A stretch of 63,375 bases of DNA, counting the filler, from Hyphochytrium catenoides (lineage: Eukaryota; Protista; Hyphochytriomycota), in NCBI GenBank assembly GCA_900088475.1. It is 6 parts of 6 records of this genome, joined end to end, with 100 filler letters (N's around TTAATTAATTAA, not from the genome) between each part and the next. Parts side by side here need not be neighbours in the genome. Positions count along the whole stretch, not along the records: positions 1 to 21,837 come from FLMG01001450.1; 5 more parts are not named here. The stretch is one strand, 5' to 3'. The position numbers were made by a program, and so were the translations under genes. The notes beneath the pieces were generated by a model. It was not told the origin of the DNA, ran no database searches, and saw nothing but the letters and a program-made list of their open reading frames with translations. This document shows positions 1-12,080 of this stretch, in pieces; position 1 is the stretch's first letter, and the number at the start of each line of letters is the position of its first letter.

Positions 1-263
1 CTGCTGCTCGTTGGAAGACAAGGCGAGGAATATTTGAAGGCACCTGTGGAAAGGAGAAAGGGTCGGAAGGAGAGGAGAGGAGGCCGGAAGAAAGATAGCA
101 ACCCGATAACGGAGGAGAAGGAGGAGAAACAGACAGAAACAGAGAGTCTGAGACAGCGGGAGAGAGAGAGACAAGAAGAGAGAGAGAGACAGGGAGAGAG
201 AGAGAGAAGAGAAGACCAGATTGAGGTGTCAGGAGCGGTTGAATAGCGAGCAGGACCGAGGAA

Positions 264-3200
264 ATGGATCGGAAGGGAGAACCTCTGTTCATTCCTGGGG
301 AAGGACTCTCGGCGGAGCCCAAACAGGCCGTTGAGCTAGCTCGACCACAGAAGAAAGAACCGCTTCTCTTTCTCTCTCCGGGATTATCTTCCCTTCCCGC
401 TTCGGAGAAGCTACCGGCCTTTCCCGAGACAGGACATGGAAGGTCAGATAGTCTGAGGCTCTCACTCGCCTCTCTCTCTCTCGTCCCCTCCTCCTCCTCC
501 CTCCCCCTTCTGCCTCTCTCTCTCTCTCTCTCCATATTCTCTCTCTCTCTCTCTCTTTCTCTCTCTTCATATTCTTTCTCGCACTTCTCTCCATCTTCTT
601 TCTTGAAACTCTCCGCATGCTGGCAGTATGTTTGTCTCTAACTCCCTCTCCGTATGTGTTCTGCTATTCCTCAATCTTTTAAGCTGCGGTTCTTTTTAGC
701 GTCACTCTCTTTTCCCCTGACTTGCTCGCCGTTCTCTCCCGCCCCGCAGGATCATTGAAGACACGTCGACTCTCGTTGCTGATGTGAAGGAGAAAGAGGC
801 TCCTCTGCCGACAGCATCGAAGAGAGATAAGAAACACGAGACCAAAGATGACGGAAGGAGTGTCATGACACCGGAGGATAGCGAGAAGAGAGAGGCGGCG
901 AAGAGCAAAGAGCAGAAAGCAGATCTCCAATCTCCAGTGCTCTCCCTTCATCTCTCACCTGGCCAAGACCATAGGAGCAGTCTGCAGGTATCCCGTCTAA
1001 GCTTTTATAAAAGACTCCTCTTGTGTCTCTTTCTCTCTCTCTCTCCTTACCCATATTTCTCTCTGGCCTCGCCAAGCTTCTTTAACCCGTAGGTTTGTCT
1101 TGTCTTACTCTCTTCTCCTCTTTTTCTCACGTGTGCTCTCCTCGCCCGCCTTAGCGTAAGGAAAACCATTTGCCCAAGCTAAGGTGAGAAGGCCTAAAGA
1201 TGAAGAGTAGGAGAGAGAGGAACGAACTAGTGGCTCGAATGAGGCTGGCAGGAAAGAGTCTGAGGAAGTAGACAACAGACACCAGAAGAGGCAGAGAGAG
1301 GAAGAAGATGAGAGAGAGAAAAGGAGAGGAGCAGCGGGACTGGTAAAGCAGTGTTCCCTTTTCCCGCAGAAGAGATATAATCGTTAGACTCTTGACCGGT
1401 TTTCCTTAGTCTATTAGAGGCTGAGCAGCTTCGATCAGGAGTAGAAATGGTCTACTCTCTCTGCTGCTGGAGAGCAACCTCTTCCAGCACGGGGCAAAGT
1501 CCCTCTCTCGTAAAAGTGCATGAAGGATCAGGTCCTTTCGTCTAGCTTCTTTCGCTCTCTTTCTCACTTCCTCTCTCTCTTTTCATCTCTTTCCACATGT
1601 ACTCTCCATGTCCATATATGTGAGCGTGTGTCTCCTTTCACTGCTCCACTTCTGCGTCCCTGTTCGCCTCCTCTTGCGGCTACTTGTCTCCGGTGGAGGG
1701 GAACCTCACCTTCGCCATCCTTTGGCTCTGTCTGTCAGCAGGGGAAGAGTCGCATCGCCTACAGATTGCTCAGGCTGACCTCGCAAAGCTTCAGCGAGTG
1801 CTGGGAGATCCCAAGTACCGGAGCATGGACCTGCTGCACAGATTTGAGGGAGGGTAGGTGACGAAGACAATGGACTAGGAGTAACCCTAGCAGGAGAGAC
1901 AGAGGAAGGACAGGGAGATATCTCATGTAGCTCGGTTGCGTCTTCGCAGAGTTCACGTGAAGGACCTGTTGGGTCTCTCTCTCTCTCTCTCTCTTCCTTT
2001 ATCTATCTATCTATCTATCTATCGTCTCTCTCTCTCCCTCTCTCTCTCTCTTTCTCTCTCTCTCCCTCTCCTCCTCTCTCTCTCTTCTCTTCTCCTCTCT
2101 CTCTCTCTCTCTCTCACCATCCCTCTCTCCCTCTCTCTCTCTCTTCCTTTCCCGCTCTCACGCGCATGCTCTCTTCCTCTTTCACGAACTCACCCCTCAC
2201 TTTTCCTCTTCGGTCAGCTCGACATGCCTGCACGCTCTGGCTCGAAAGGGATATGACGCTGCAGCTGTGCTGCTGCTCTCCTCCTGGATAGAGAATGCAG
2301 ACTGGAATATTAAACAGAAAGACACCGTGGACACATTGAAAAAGATTCTTGAAATTGTCTCCGGGGTAGTCTTTCCTGCTCTTTATTTTGCCTCAAACTC
2401 CTTTGTTTGCTCTAACGCTTTGGTCCATTCCTCAATCCCTCCTCTCTTCTTCTTTCTCAACGCTCGTAGGCCCCTCCTTCTCCCCCACTTGTCGTCCTTT
2501 ACTTCTGAACAATCTTTGCTTTCCCAAAGAGGCTGCTAAGCGAAATGAGGGACCACTGTCCTTGCTAAGGTCATTACGTCAACTCTCCTCCTTATGCACA
2601 CTTTCTGAAGCCGAGACCCTTCAAACCCCAATCTTATAAAGCCTTCTATGTCTCCTCCCTTACTCTTCACAAGGGAAACGGCGATGTGGATGAAGACTCG
2701 CGCCTCTTCAAATTGGTTGGCAAGCTGCAGCTAGCTCCAAACCCACGGTTTGTCCAGCCGCCAGGACGAGCGAAGTGGCAGCTGAGGTGGGGACAACCTT
2801 TCCCCTTTCGTTTCGTCTTTCATGGCTTCTTTAAGACTACCCTGGTTCCAGCTTTTTCTGGTCGGTTCTCCTTGGTGGGCTTGACTGCTTCCTCTTTCGT
2901 CGTATAGTATTTCTGCCGGTTTGCCGACCATTCTGTTGTTAGTCTGGTCTCTTTTTAGTGAAAAGAAGACTGCCTATCATTCCGTCCTCTGCTTACCTTA
3001 AGAGATGCTTTTAACGGTTCTGTTCACTCTTCGCCTTCGACATGGTTGCCACTCTCTGCAACTCAGTTTTCGTCCTCTTTTAGTGACATTATTAGGGGCT
3101 TAGGTCACCCCTTGGTGTACGCCCGAGACGACGATGGAAATATGCCGCTTCACACGGCCGCTAGAGGTTGACTTTGACTCATCTGCCCGTCAGCCATCTC

Positions 3201-6200
3201 TTCTCTTCGCCGCCAGTGGATCTTGGATGAAAACTCATGCTCTTACACTCATTGGCTCTCTCTGCCCATGACCAACCTTCTGCCTGTGACCAACCTTCTG
3301 CCTCTTTGGTCTATGCCTCTCTCTATTACAATTCTTTAGAATAGTTCCCACACCTCTGGGGCTGGGGGACAAGGAGACATCATGATCCTTTACATACTGA
3401 CTAGCTAACTACCCATCACTATCAGGTGGCTACCTTCAGTTCTGTCAGGTGCTGGCGGACGCTGGGGCTGACATCAATGCGGTCAACTTCGAGGGACAAA
3501 CTCCGTACGGCTCTCTTTTGGTGCCTCTCACTGGCTCATCCTCACGGATCCCACTCTTCTTGCTGGATCTTACCATTCTCCTTTGAGCTTGTGACGCTCT
3601 TCTTTGTAACTCGTCGTTTGCCTGTTGATGTCTCCGTCCTTCAGTCATCTGTATCTACCACCGCCATGGCCGCTCGCGTTTTTTCTTCGATAGTTTCTCT
3701 CATCTCTCTGCAAGGTTCCTTTCTGAACAGAGAAGCTTCTGAAGTGTAGATGTAGAGTTCTGCTTTCTCTCCTCAGCCGGAGAAAGGCTTACTTCCACTC
3801 CTCTTTTCTGAACCTTTCTTTCGTGCCCGCTAATGAGAGGACAGGAGCTGTGCATTGGCTAATATTTTTGCATATTTCTCATTCTCTCTCCTTCCAGTCT
3901 GCACTACGCCGTTACTGCGGGCCATAAGCATGTGTGTCGTTGGCTCATAAATCGAGGAGCTAACGTCCAAGCTTCAAGGTGCGTCTTACTTTCATCTCCT
4001 ACATCTCCCTGCCTGCGCTGCCCATGATTCTTTGTGTATCAAACTGGCTGTCTATCACGGCGATATCTATAAGCTCGGCACCGCTTCACTCTCTATCTAT
4101 CTATCTTTGGTCATCTGCTCTCCGGGCTGATCGAACTTCTCTTTGGGCGCCATAGAAACTGGCCGCCATTTTATATCGGCTACGGAAGGTTCTGATGGGT
4201 GTCGTCGGCTCTCTTCCCCGTCCATCTTCCCTACGTACTCCTCTGCATTCTGATTTGCGTCTGTCTTTCCAACCTTCGTGGCTCACTTTGTCTATCATTC
4301 TTCGAAATCCGTTGTGCAGCTTCTGTCGGCTGCAGCTAAAAGGAGGTCCTCAGGTTCTGCTGGGTCTCATTGAGGAGTATCCCAGTGGCTGGGAAGCCTG
4401 TCGATTCGCGTCGAAGAGCGGGCAAAATAACGTTGTAACCTCCATTCTCTCGGAAGGTAGTGCTCCGCTACTCGCTTTTCTGAACATGTCTCTCGCTGTA
4501 GCCAGTACTTCCTCCTCTTGTCATTTCACTAAAGCTATTCTCTGGCTAAGCTCTTCCTCCTCCTTAGGTATCAGCAAGCCCCAAGCTTCACCTCCAAAGA
4601 AAGCCAAGAGCTTGTCGGATGCCACAAAACGTTAGTGCACGATGTGGATCATATCGATCGTATTCTGCGGCGTCAACTCTCCCTTCTTAGCAGTCGTTGT
4701 GGGCATATCGGACCTGAAAGATTGTCGAGTCTTCTTCTCTGGGCTGTTGAACTTGCACCGCAATCTGTTTCTATCAAGATATCTGAGTTATCCTTCCTTC
4801 TTGTCGCACCCTTTATGCAGAGGAAAGAGAGGCCCAAAAGCTGGAGCGGCTAACAAAGTCAATCTTTCCCGACTTCACCTGCTCTCTGGAGAGCGAGCCT
4901 ACGAAGTCTTCGCTCACAGTTGAGGAAGCACGGAAGAGGCATCAAGAGGAATCTAGCATGGGGTCCGCCTTCTTATCACCTTCGCTCCAATAATTTTCTT
5001 CTTCACTCTTCCTCTCTCCCTCCCTTCTTTCTCTCGCACTCGCTCGGTTGTGGTTTCTCTCTTTCTCCCTCCTTCCTTTTTTTTCTTTCAATCGCTCCTT
5101 GTCTTCGTTCGACACTATAATGTTGGTTGGAGTAGAGGGTCAAGTTCCCGAGAAGATCCCTTGTCTCTTGTCTTAATCACTGCAAGGCTACTCCTCTCCC
5201 TTCACTGCCCTCCTAATCCCTCCGTCTTAGAAGTCGCTTCTATTCAAGTAACGACGAGCTCATCTTCTTCCGTTTGGCGCCTGAGAGGGAAAGGTGGGCC
5301 CGCGAGACACCTTTGCTCTGCCTCGTGACCGATGTGGACGTCTCGGAATCCGAAGTCGAGAGAGCATTGGAGCAACAGAACCACACAAAGGTGACGGAGA
5401 AGGAGGGAACAACACCAGTTAGCTTTGCTGGCCATTGTCCACCCCTCACTGAGCTGCTGATTGCTATGTGGGATACCTAGTCTTGATGGACTTCAGTGCG
5501 CCTTCATCCCGAAATTCTACTGACTTATCTCTCTGTCTCTTACTATTTACTCATTCTCTTCTGTCTAAATATGGATATGCGAGTACACCTTAATCACTTG
5601 CTATTCCCTCTCGCTTGCCGACCTTCCTCTATCTGTCTGTGACAGATCCTGCACTATCTCATCCGGACAATGCCTGATGTGGCACTGCTAGCTATCGAGA
5701 AGTGTCGCAGGCCGCTCTTCCGCCTGAAAGTGCAGCCAAGCCTTTGTGAGCTAGAGCAGAGCTGGGTCGTCACAGAGACGGACGTTGCTGCGCATGGGCA
5801 TAGGCTCGCTCTGATGGTGGGAGAAAGAGGGTGAACAGCCCAGGCTATAGAGAGAAAACCTGGTCTTTGTGTGGCACTCGAGGGTTCCCCTTACTTCCCT
5901 CTGTTCGTCCCCTCTCTCTCTTCAGAAAAAAATTCGGCAGGAGGAGAGGATTGGTGCGCTAGATGAGGCTCCACGGCCCATTCGCGTGCTTTTTTTCATC
6001 ATGCACCTGCTCTGGTCCCCCATCCGAACACTGAAGAGCTTTCTTGGAAGGTAAGGGACCGTGATTGAGCCCAGATAGTCCTTCCCTGTGAGAGACGCTC
6101 CCCTTGGATGAGGGTGCTGACGATGCCTCTGTTGGTCTCAAACTTCAGTGGTGCCACAGAGAAGGCGGGCCATCGCTCTCAGTATGATGCAATACTGCAG

Positions 6201-9200
6201 GAACAGGTAGGGGGATGATAGAGTATAAGAGGCAGACCTATGTGGCCTCCTTGCATGTGCCGCGTAACACTGATCCTCCTCCTTCTCGCGTCCTACTATC
6301 CGCTATACACGGCTCAGGGAATCGTCTTCGAGTATCTCTATGATACGGAGCGTAGCAACCGGTGCAGCCCGACATTGGACCTGATTGTGGAGGTCAGTCA
6401 CCTGCTGCACTCTACCTCTCCTATCTGCGTCCTGGATAGTCATTAAGTCCAATCAAGCCCAACTAAAAAGTAATTCCTCCTATCAGTGTGAGGCTAAACA
6501 GCTGATGCTGCACAAGTGGACGAATAGGATCTTTAAACGAAAGTACGTCCACTGATCTGGTCCTGCATTGGCAGCTTGCGTCGATTGAGTTAGATTCACA
6601 TGCTCTTTGGCCCAGGTGGAGCCTTTATGCTACGCCGTTCAGCTCCTCTCTGCGTGTTTCTCCTAATATGTTCCGTTCCAGGTGGGAGTCTTTTGCCGCT
6701 GATCACTTCGCCATGGACTTTCTCATCTACCTGCTGTATATGGGAACCTTCACAATCGGGAAGTAAGTGCTAACCCTCATTGGGATTGCTGCCAATACAT
6801 GCTGAGTGATCCTCTCCCCATGCAATGCTGCCTTACGCCACTTCTGTTGTCTGAGCTGCAGGTATTTACTTGCTTCTTCTGGCACCCTCACGTTTTCTGA
6901 AGCCCTTTCCTCTGATGGCGTGCTTCTGCGGCTATCTGAGTATCTCAACTCATTCTGGTTGAGTAGCTTGTACAATGAACCTAACTCCCGCGGACCTCCT
7001 ATGTCTCCCCGCTCGCACCTGGTTTTCTGTTCTCTGTCTTCTTTCCGCATTTCTCTCTGTAGTTTACTTCACGTCGATGTGCAACACCTGCGACTCTCCA
7101 ATATTGCGGACGCATACAAGGACGTCCAGATGGTCGCCTCCATGGCGCTTGTACTTGGCACTGCTGTCATGAACGTCATCTTTACTCTCCAGAAGGTCGG
7201 TTACAGGATGCTAAAGTGGCACTGGAACTCAGAAGAGGCTGTAGAATAGGCGGAATGACAGAATAGAGGAAGAGGGAACGAAACCGAGGAGCGCGGCAAA
7301 GAGCATTGGTGAAGTGCCAGGAAAACCCGGAAGGCATACTTGAAGATAGAAGTGAACAGAAACGAGTGGAATCGCTAGGTTCCCTTGAACGATAGAAGTA
7401 GCTATGCCTCAGAGAGGTTGAGGTTTCAGTGAGACAAGAAACAGAAGACTCACGTGTGACATGGCTCTGTTTTATCCCCTCTCGCAACGTGTCTCTCTTG
7501 TATCTCCTCCTTCAAATCCAGTTGAAGCTCATACTCTTACTGGGCCCCCGGACCTTCTTCTCCGATCGATGGCACTGGCTGGATGGCGTGATCATGGTTT
7601 GCGTCTGGATTGTGGGCATTGTGACGCTGCTGCAGGCGGAGCATGGAGCCGGTGAAAAACGCCTTGGTTTTTGCCTCACTCATACGCTCTCCCTTTCCCT
7701 TTCCCCGTCTCTTTCTCCTACTGCTTCAATCTAGTTCCGCTAATCTTGGGCCATGTAGCCATCTGCACTCCAACTGTCATCCTGTCTCAGTATTGTCCTG
7801 TCTGTGGAAACCACCAAACCCTTTAGTCTCACATATTGATCCCTCATCTGTCATTTTCTTTTGCCAGAAACTGAGATTGCGGATCAACTAGTTCTCACGG
7901 GCACGGCGCTTTGTCAGCCACTGGTGAGAAGTGAATGGTCTCTCTGACGGGCTCTATTTCTCGCCTGTCTCCTCTCCCTGAAGCCCTGAGGCACTGTACA
8001 TGCGACAATGCCGGCCCCACTTACTTTCTCAACTAGATGGTTCCTGACCGCTGTACATTCCTTTCGCCGATCACAGATGTGGGTCAAATTTTTGAGGTTC
8101 TGCAGAGGTAGCGCCCGCCTCGGCCCGATAATGCGCGTGATACTGACGGTAGGGAGGGGTCCACAGAGAAAGGGAGAAGGGGAAGAGTTAGGTGGTAGAG
8201 TCCGCCGAGCATAATTGGAAGGAAAGAACACTATGAAGCTCCGCCAATAACAATTGTCTCTCTTCGGTCCCGTGGTCGGTCCAGCAATTGCCTAACATCT
8301 TTATTCTCTAGATCGCTCCAGATGTGATCTACTGGATCCTCATTGGCTCGCTTATCCTCTGCGGCTTTGCCAACTCTTTCTACATTCTTCAGGTACGGCT
8401 TCGGTGGGTCCATTCATGTATTCATTTAGGAGATCCATAGTTCCTTGACTCGTTGCTCCTCCATGTTGCCAAGCCTGCCTTCAAAGCGGTCGCTTCCTAT
8501 TCTCACTCGTATCGTGGCTTCTCATTTGACTGCTCAGCGCAGTCACTCAATTCTAAAGCAGTCTTCACGCTCTCACTTATTATCTTCATGCTGTCTTTTG
8601 GCAGATCGAAGGTTTTGACTCCATAATATCCGCACTCTCTTCTACATTCTGGGCGGCTTTTGGTGTCCTAGATCTGACAGCAGTGCAAAGTCATGGCTGG
8701 CTGGCTATGTCCCTCATGCTCGGCTTCAGGCTCCTCGCCTCCGTCTTGCTGCTCGCGCTACTCCATGCGGTACGAAGCCCTCCCTATCTCCGTCTTGTGG
8801 AGTACGAAGCCCTCCCTATCTCCGTCTTTCTGTGTCATTTCTGTTCTTTTCTGTCTTGTCTGGCTATAAAACCCGGGGGTTGGACATCCTTTCCGTGTTA
8901 GTACCTCCCAGATCGCCTCAATCTATTTAGTGGTCCTCACGTCTCTCTTCTTGTCCTCTCAGATGGTGACCAATGCTTACTTTACAGTTTGGAGCTCCAA
9001 AGAGGCGTACTACCGCTTGGAATGGGTATGTGAGTGTATCTGCTGTCTCCTATTGTCCCTTATTAAACTTCTTCTCTCTGTCTGCTTTTCTCTGCAAGCA
9101 CTAGCAACGATATCATTCTAAGGCTCTGTTCTTCCTCGTCTATTTGCCCATATATACCTCAAAATCCTCCATCCAGGCAAAGGTTATTCTCTCCGCTCAA

Positions 9201-9362
9201 AAGCATCAGAGTCTCGGCAGATACCGACAGGAACATTGGTTTCAGCGGCTGTACGTACTGGAAAGAGACGAACCTATTGAAGGCCTGCCGGATGCCGCAG
9301 AGTTTATGTCGGATGCAGAGCGGTATCGACACCAGGAAGTGACGCGGAACGACGGTGTCTAA
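264..9362 (+). CDS. Multi-exon ankyrin-repeat TRP-family cation channel (TRPV/TRPA-like architecture); 5' exon structure approximate
   Basis: GT-AG exons splice in frame. Ankyrin repeats: ARDDDGNMPLHTAAR-GGYLQFCQVLADAGADINAVNFEGQTP-LHYAVTAGHKHVCRWLINRGANVQA. Pre-S1 IFKRKWESFA, S2-S3 FFSDRWHWLDGV, S4-S5 KFLRFCRGSARLGPIMRVILT-IAPDVIYW, pore FDSIISALSSTFWAAFGVLDL, S6, TRP-box-like YRLEWAKVIL; stop at 9362. ATG 264 splices in frame to the exon near 750. Confidence 0.8.
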
Positions 9363-10028
9363 GAGAAACTGGCATGCTTTCTTTTATGGTTGATCTCCTG
9401 AAAGTCAGACTGAGGGGAAGTCAGTGTGCCGCAAGGGTTGCCTAGCTAATACCATTCCGACTTCTAGTGTGGTCGCTCCTTACTTCTAGTAGGTGAGCCC
9501 ACGGACTTTCTTAGAGACGGGTTACTTGGGCCCTCGGTTGGTGTCTGTGCCACTGATGCTGACCGTCGATCGCTTAATGAAGAAGTGGCTGTAATGACAG
9601 CACAGAGCTATCTGTCCTCCTTATCTCTATCAATCCTCCCCGATTCAAACGCCCGCACACACTCATCGACTCTTCTCATGCATTGTACGTTAGTTATCTT
9701 CCTTCGCTACGGCCACGTCCAAAGCATCCTCTTAAGGGGTTCCCACTTATTTCATAACGACTTCACCGAGCCCCAGTAGCTAAACCTCTCGCGGAGGCAG
9801 TGGCGAATTAGGTTGATTTCAGGCACTGTTAGGAGAACTAGCATCACTTTCCCTTAGTCTGCTTTTCGTCTCTCTCCGCATCCATATCACAGACATCTCT
9901 CATCGTTGCTCTGCTTCTCTCTCCGTTGCTTTCCTTTGTTGGAATACCCTCTGCTACTATCCCCATTGACGATGGTCCACTGTTCTTTTTCTGAGAACGC
10001 CACTCGTATCCTCTCCGTTTATCCCCTA

Positions 10029-12080
10029 CTAATACTCCTTCCCCGGAGCTAGAGGGTGCATGACAAATCGAGTAGGGGTCTGAATTGCTCCAATGCATCT
10101 CACGCCGCAAAGGGCGGTGGCGATGAGGAAAAGAGAAATGAGCAGCGCCGCAAGGATATCCGGGGTCATCCAGACGTAGCGATCAAAGCAGAAGGTCCGG
10201 CCCCCTCGACGAGGGATGCCTATCATTTGCCCTGGACCGCATTCTGCCTCGCCCTTGGGCACTTCCGCCAACCTGCGAGACTGGAAAGACGGAATAAAGA
10301 ACGCCGTGAGGATAAGGAAATCAGGAAGTACGACGTCCGACTTGAGCTCTAGAAGATTGACTGGAATTTAATAGTCAGAAGTTTGGGGAGGGAACACGCT
10401 GAGGAAAGGGTACCGAAAGGTAACACGACAGTTAGCGAACACACTAGCTACATCCGTCACCCACCTCTGCAGCCACAGCGGTAAGGCTGAGAACATTTTT
10501 TAAGGTGGAGCGCGAGGTGAAAAGAAAGACACCCGCACGGCCTTGCAGGCGCTCGCAGACCTTCCCCAGAAGCTCGTCCGCCTCCTTGAAGGAGAGGGAA
10601 GTGCCAAGAGACACCTCCAGCAGCTTCAGTGATGGACGTGAGAGGAAGGACTGCGCCCGATCGCTCTCCAAGAAGGACTGGAAACAGCAAAGGTCAGTGG
10701 GGAACACTACGCCACGTTAAAGCAGGGCAGATACTCAGTATAGCAACTGAAGAACTGGTGGAATAGCTTGAAACGCAGACTAAGAGAGGGCTTAAAAAGA
10801 GACACATTCACTCTCTGTGGCAGGGATATATGCTGTGGCCCGTACGGGATTGCAAGGAGGAGAGAGAGTACTTGAGGAGGTTTTGATCACTTACCAGAAC
10901 CTCTGAGGACGGGATAGTGAGAGTCTGGGCTGAGGAAAGCGACAATTCCGGCTGAGGGAGCACAAATGGAAGCACTACCGATGAGGAAGCTTGCTCCACC
11001 AACGACTAGTGAGAGAGAGTGCGATGTGATCCGAGAGTTTAAGAAGGGAGCACAGTGATTAGCCAAGCTGTGAGTGAAACGAAACGAACCCATATCACCT
11101 GAAGGTGTGACGTCTCTACCCCCGGCTGATAGGCTCCCGTGAGCTGAGAAAGCTCGTTCGTCCCGACCTGGATGGACCAGAAAAGCGCTGCTGAGAGACA
11201 ATACAGAGAGAGGGAGATAATATTCTACAGTCCTAGGACAGAGTACAGAGGATGCCGAGAGCTCGCTGGCTGATAACGCAAAAGAAGAGAGCAGTGTTAT
11301 CAGCATCCTCAGCCACTTAGCGCACCTCTTCCGCAACGAAGGCCACAACCGTAGCTACATTTGGGCGGGACTTGGACAGAAGATGGGATACCTCCGACTC
11401 CGTCTGTCGGAAAGATGCGAGAAGAGAGAAGCGCATGAGTAAAAAACAAGTGCAATGACCCCCGAGGAGCGGAGGAAAGAGAGAAAGTTCAGAGAAAGTT
11501 TGAAATGAGAAAGAAAGGAGCGCGGATGGCTGGATTCCAGCCGGAGTGATGGAACTTCTTGAAGTGCCCACCACGGGTCTCCAACATGATAGTAGGAAGC
11601 GGGAAGGGAGGGGGCTTAGGAACTGTGTGACTCACATTGTCACCTGCTAGACCATCGATGAGCTGCCGGAGATTGGCGGTGGAGAGCGTTTCGGTGACAT
11701 AGCGTGTCCGACCCGTAAACACACTAAAGCAGAGGGGGGAAGATGCAGCGGGAAGAGTTAGAGCAGATCAGGCCGCGATCAGGGCAAAGATATCGTGGGA
11801 GAAGACCGAAGAGAAGCAGAAGACAACGAGCTTCGACGGAACTATTATGGACATGATAAGGGGCATGATTGAAGGAGAGTGGAGCATCCAAAGGACGTGC
11901 GAGCAAGGGAGCGAGATTTGGCGGGGCAGGATGGACGACTGCCAGCAGGACAAGAGAGGCTTACTCCTTATCAGACCACAATAACGCTGGGACCGTGGTG
12001 GACGGGAGATTTACGCTCCAACCCACTGCGGGGCGAGCAGCAAGGGCAAGCGCTGGCAGGAGTAGGGCCAGGGACTTCAT
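10029..12080 (-). CDS. V-type ATPase accessory subunit S1/Ac45 (Voa1)-like, multi-exon
   Basis: Signal peptide MKSLALLLPALALAA, then PALLWS and SSSVVLPFV. Single C-terminal TM WMTPDILAALLISLFLIATALCGVRCIGAIQTPTRF matches the Ac45/VOA1 TM pattern. Exons join in frame via GT-AG introns. Confidence 0.72.

Noticed and set aside
1936-2256. Many SLSLSL or RERERE ORFs in the track (also 31889-32380, 37415-37857, 40557-41391, 47173-47988)
   Set aside because: Translations of (CT)n/(GA)n microsatellites in introns or intergenic DNA.
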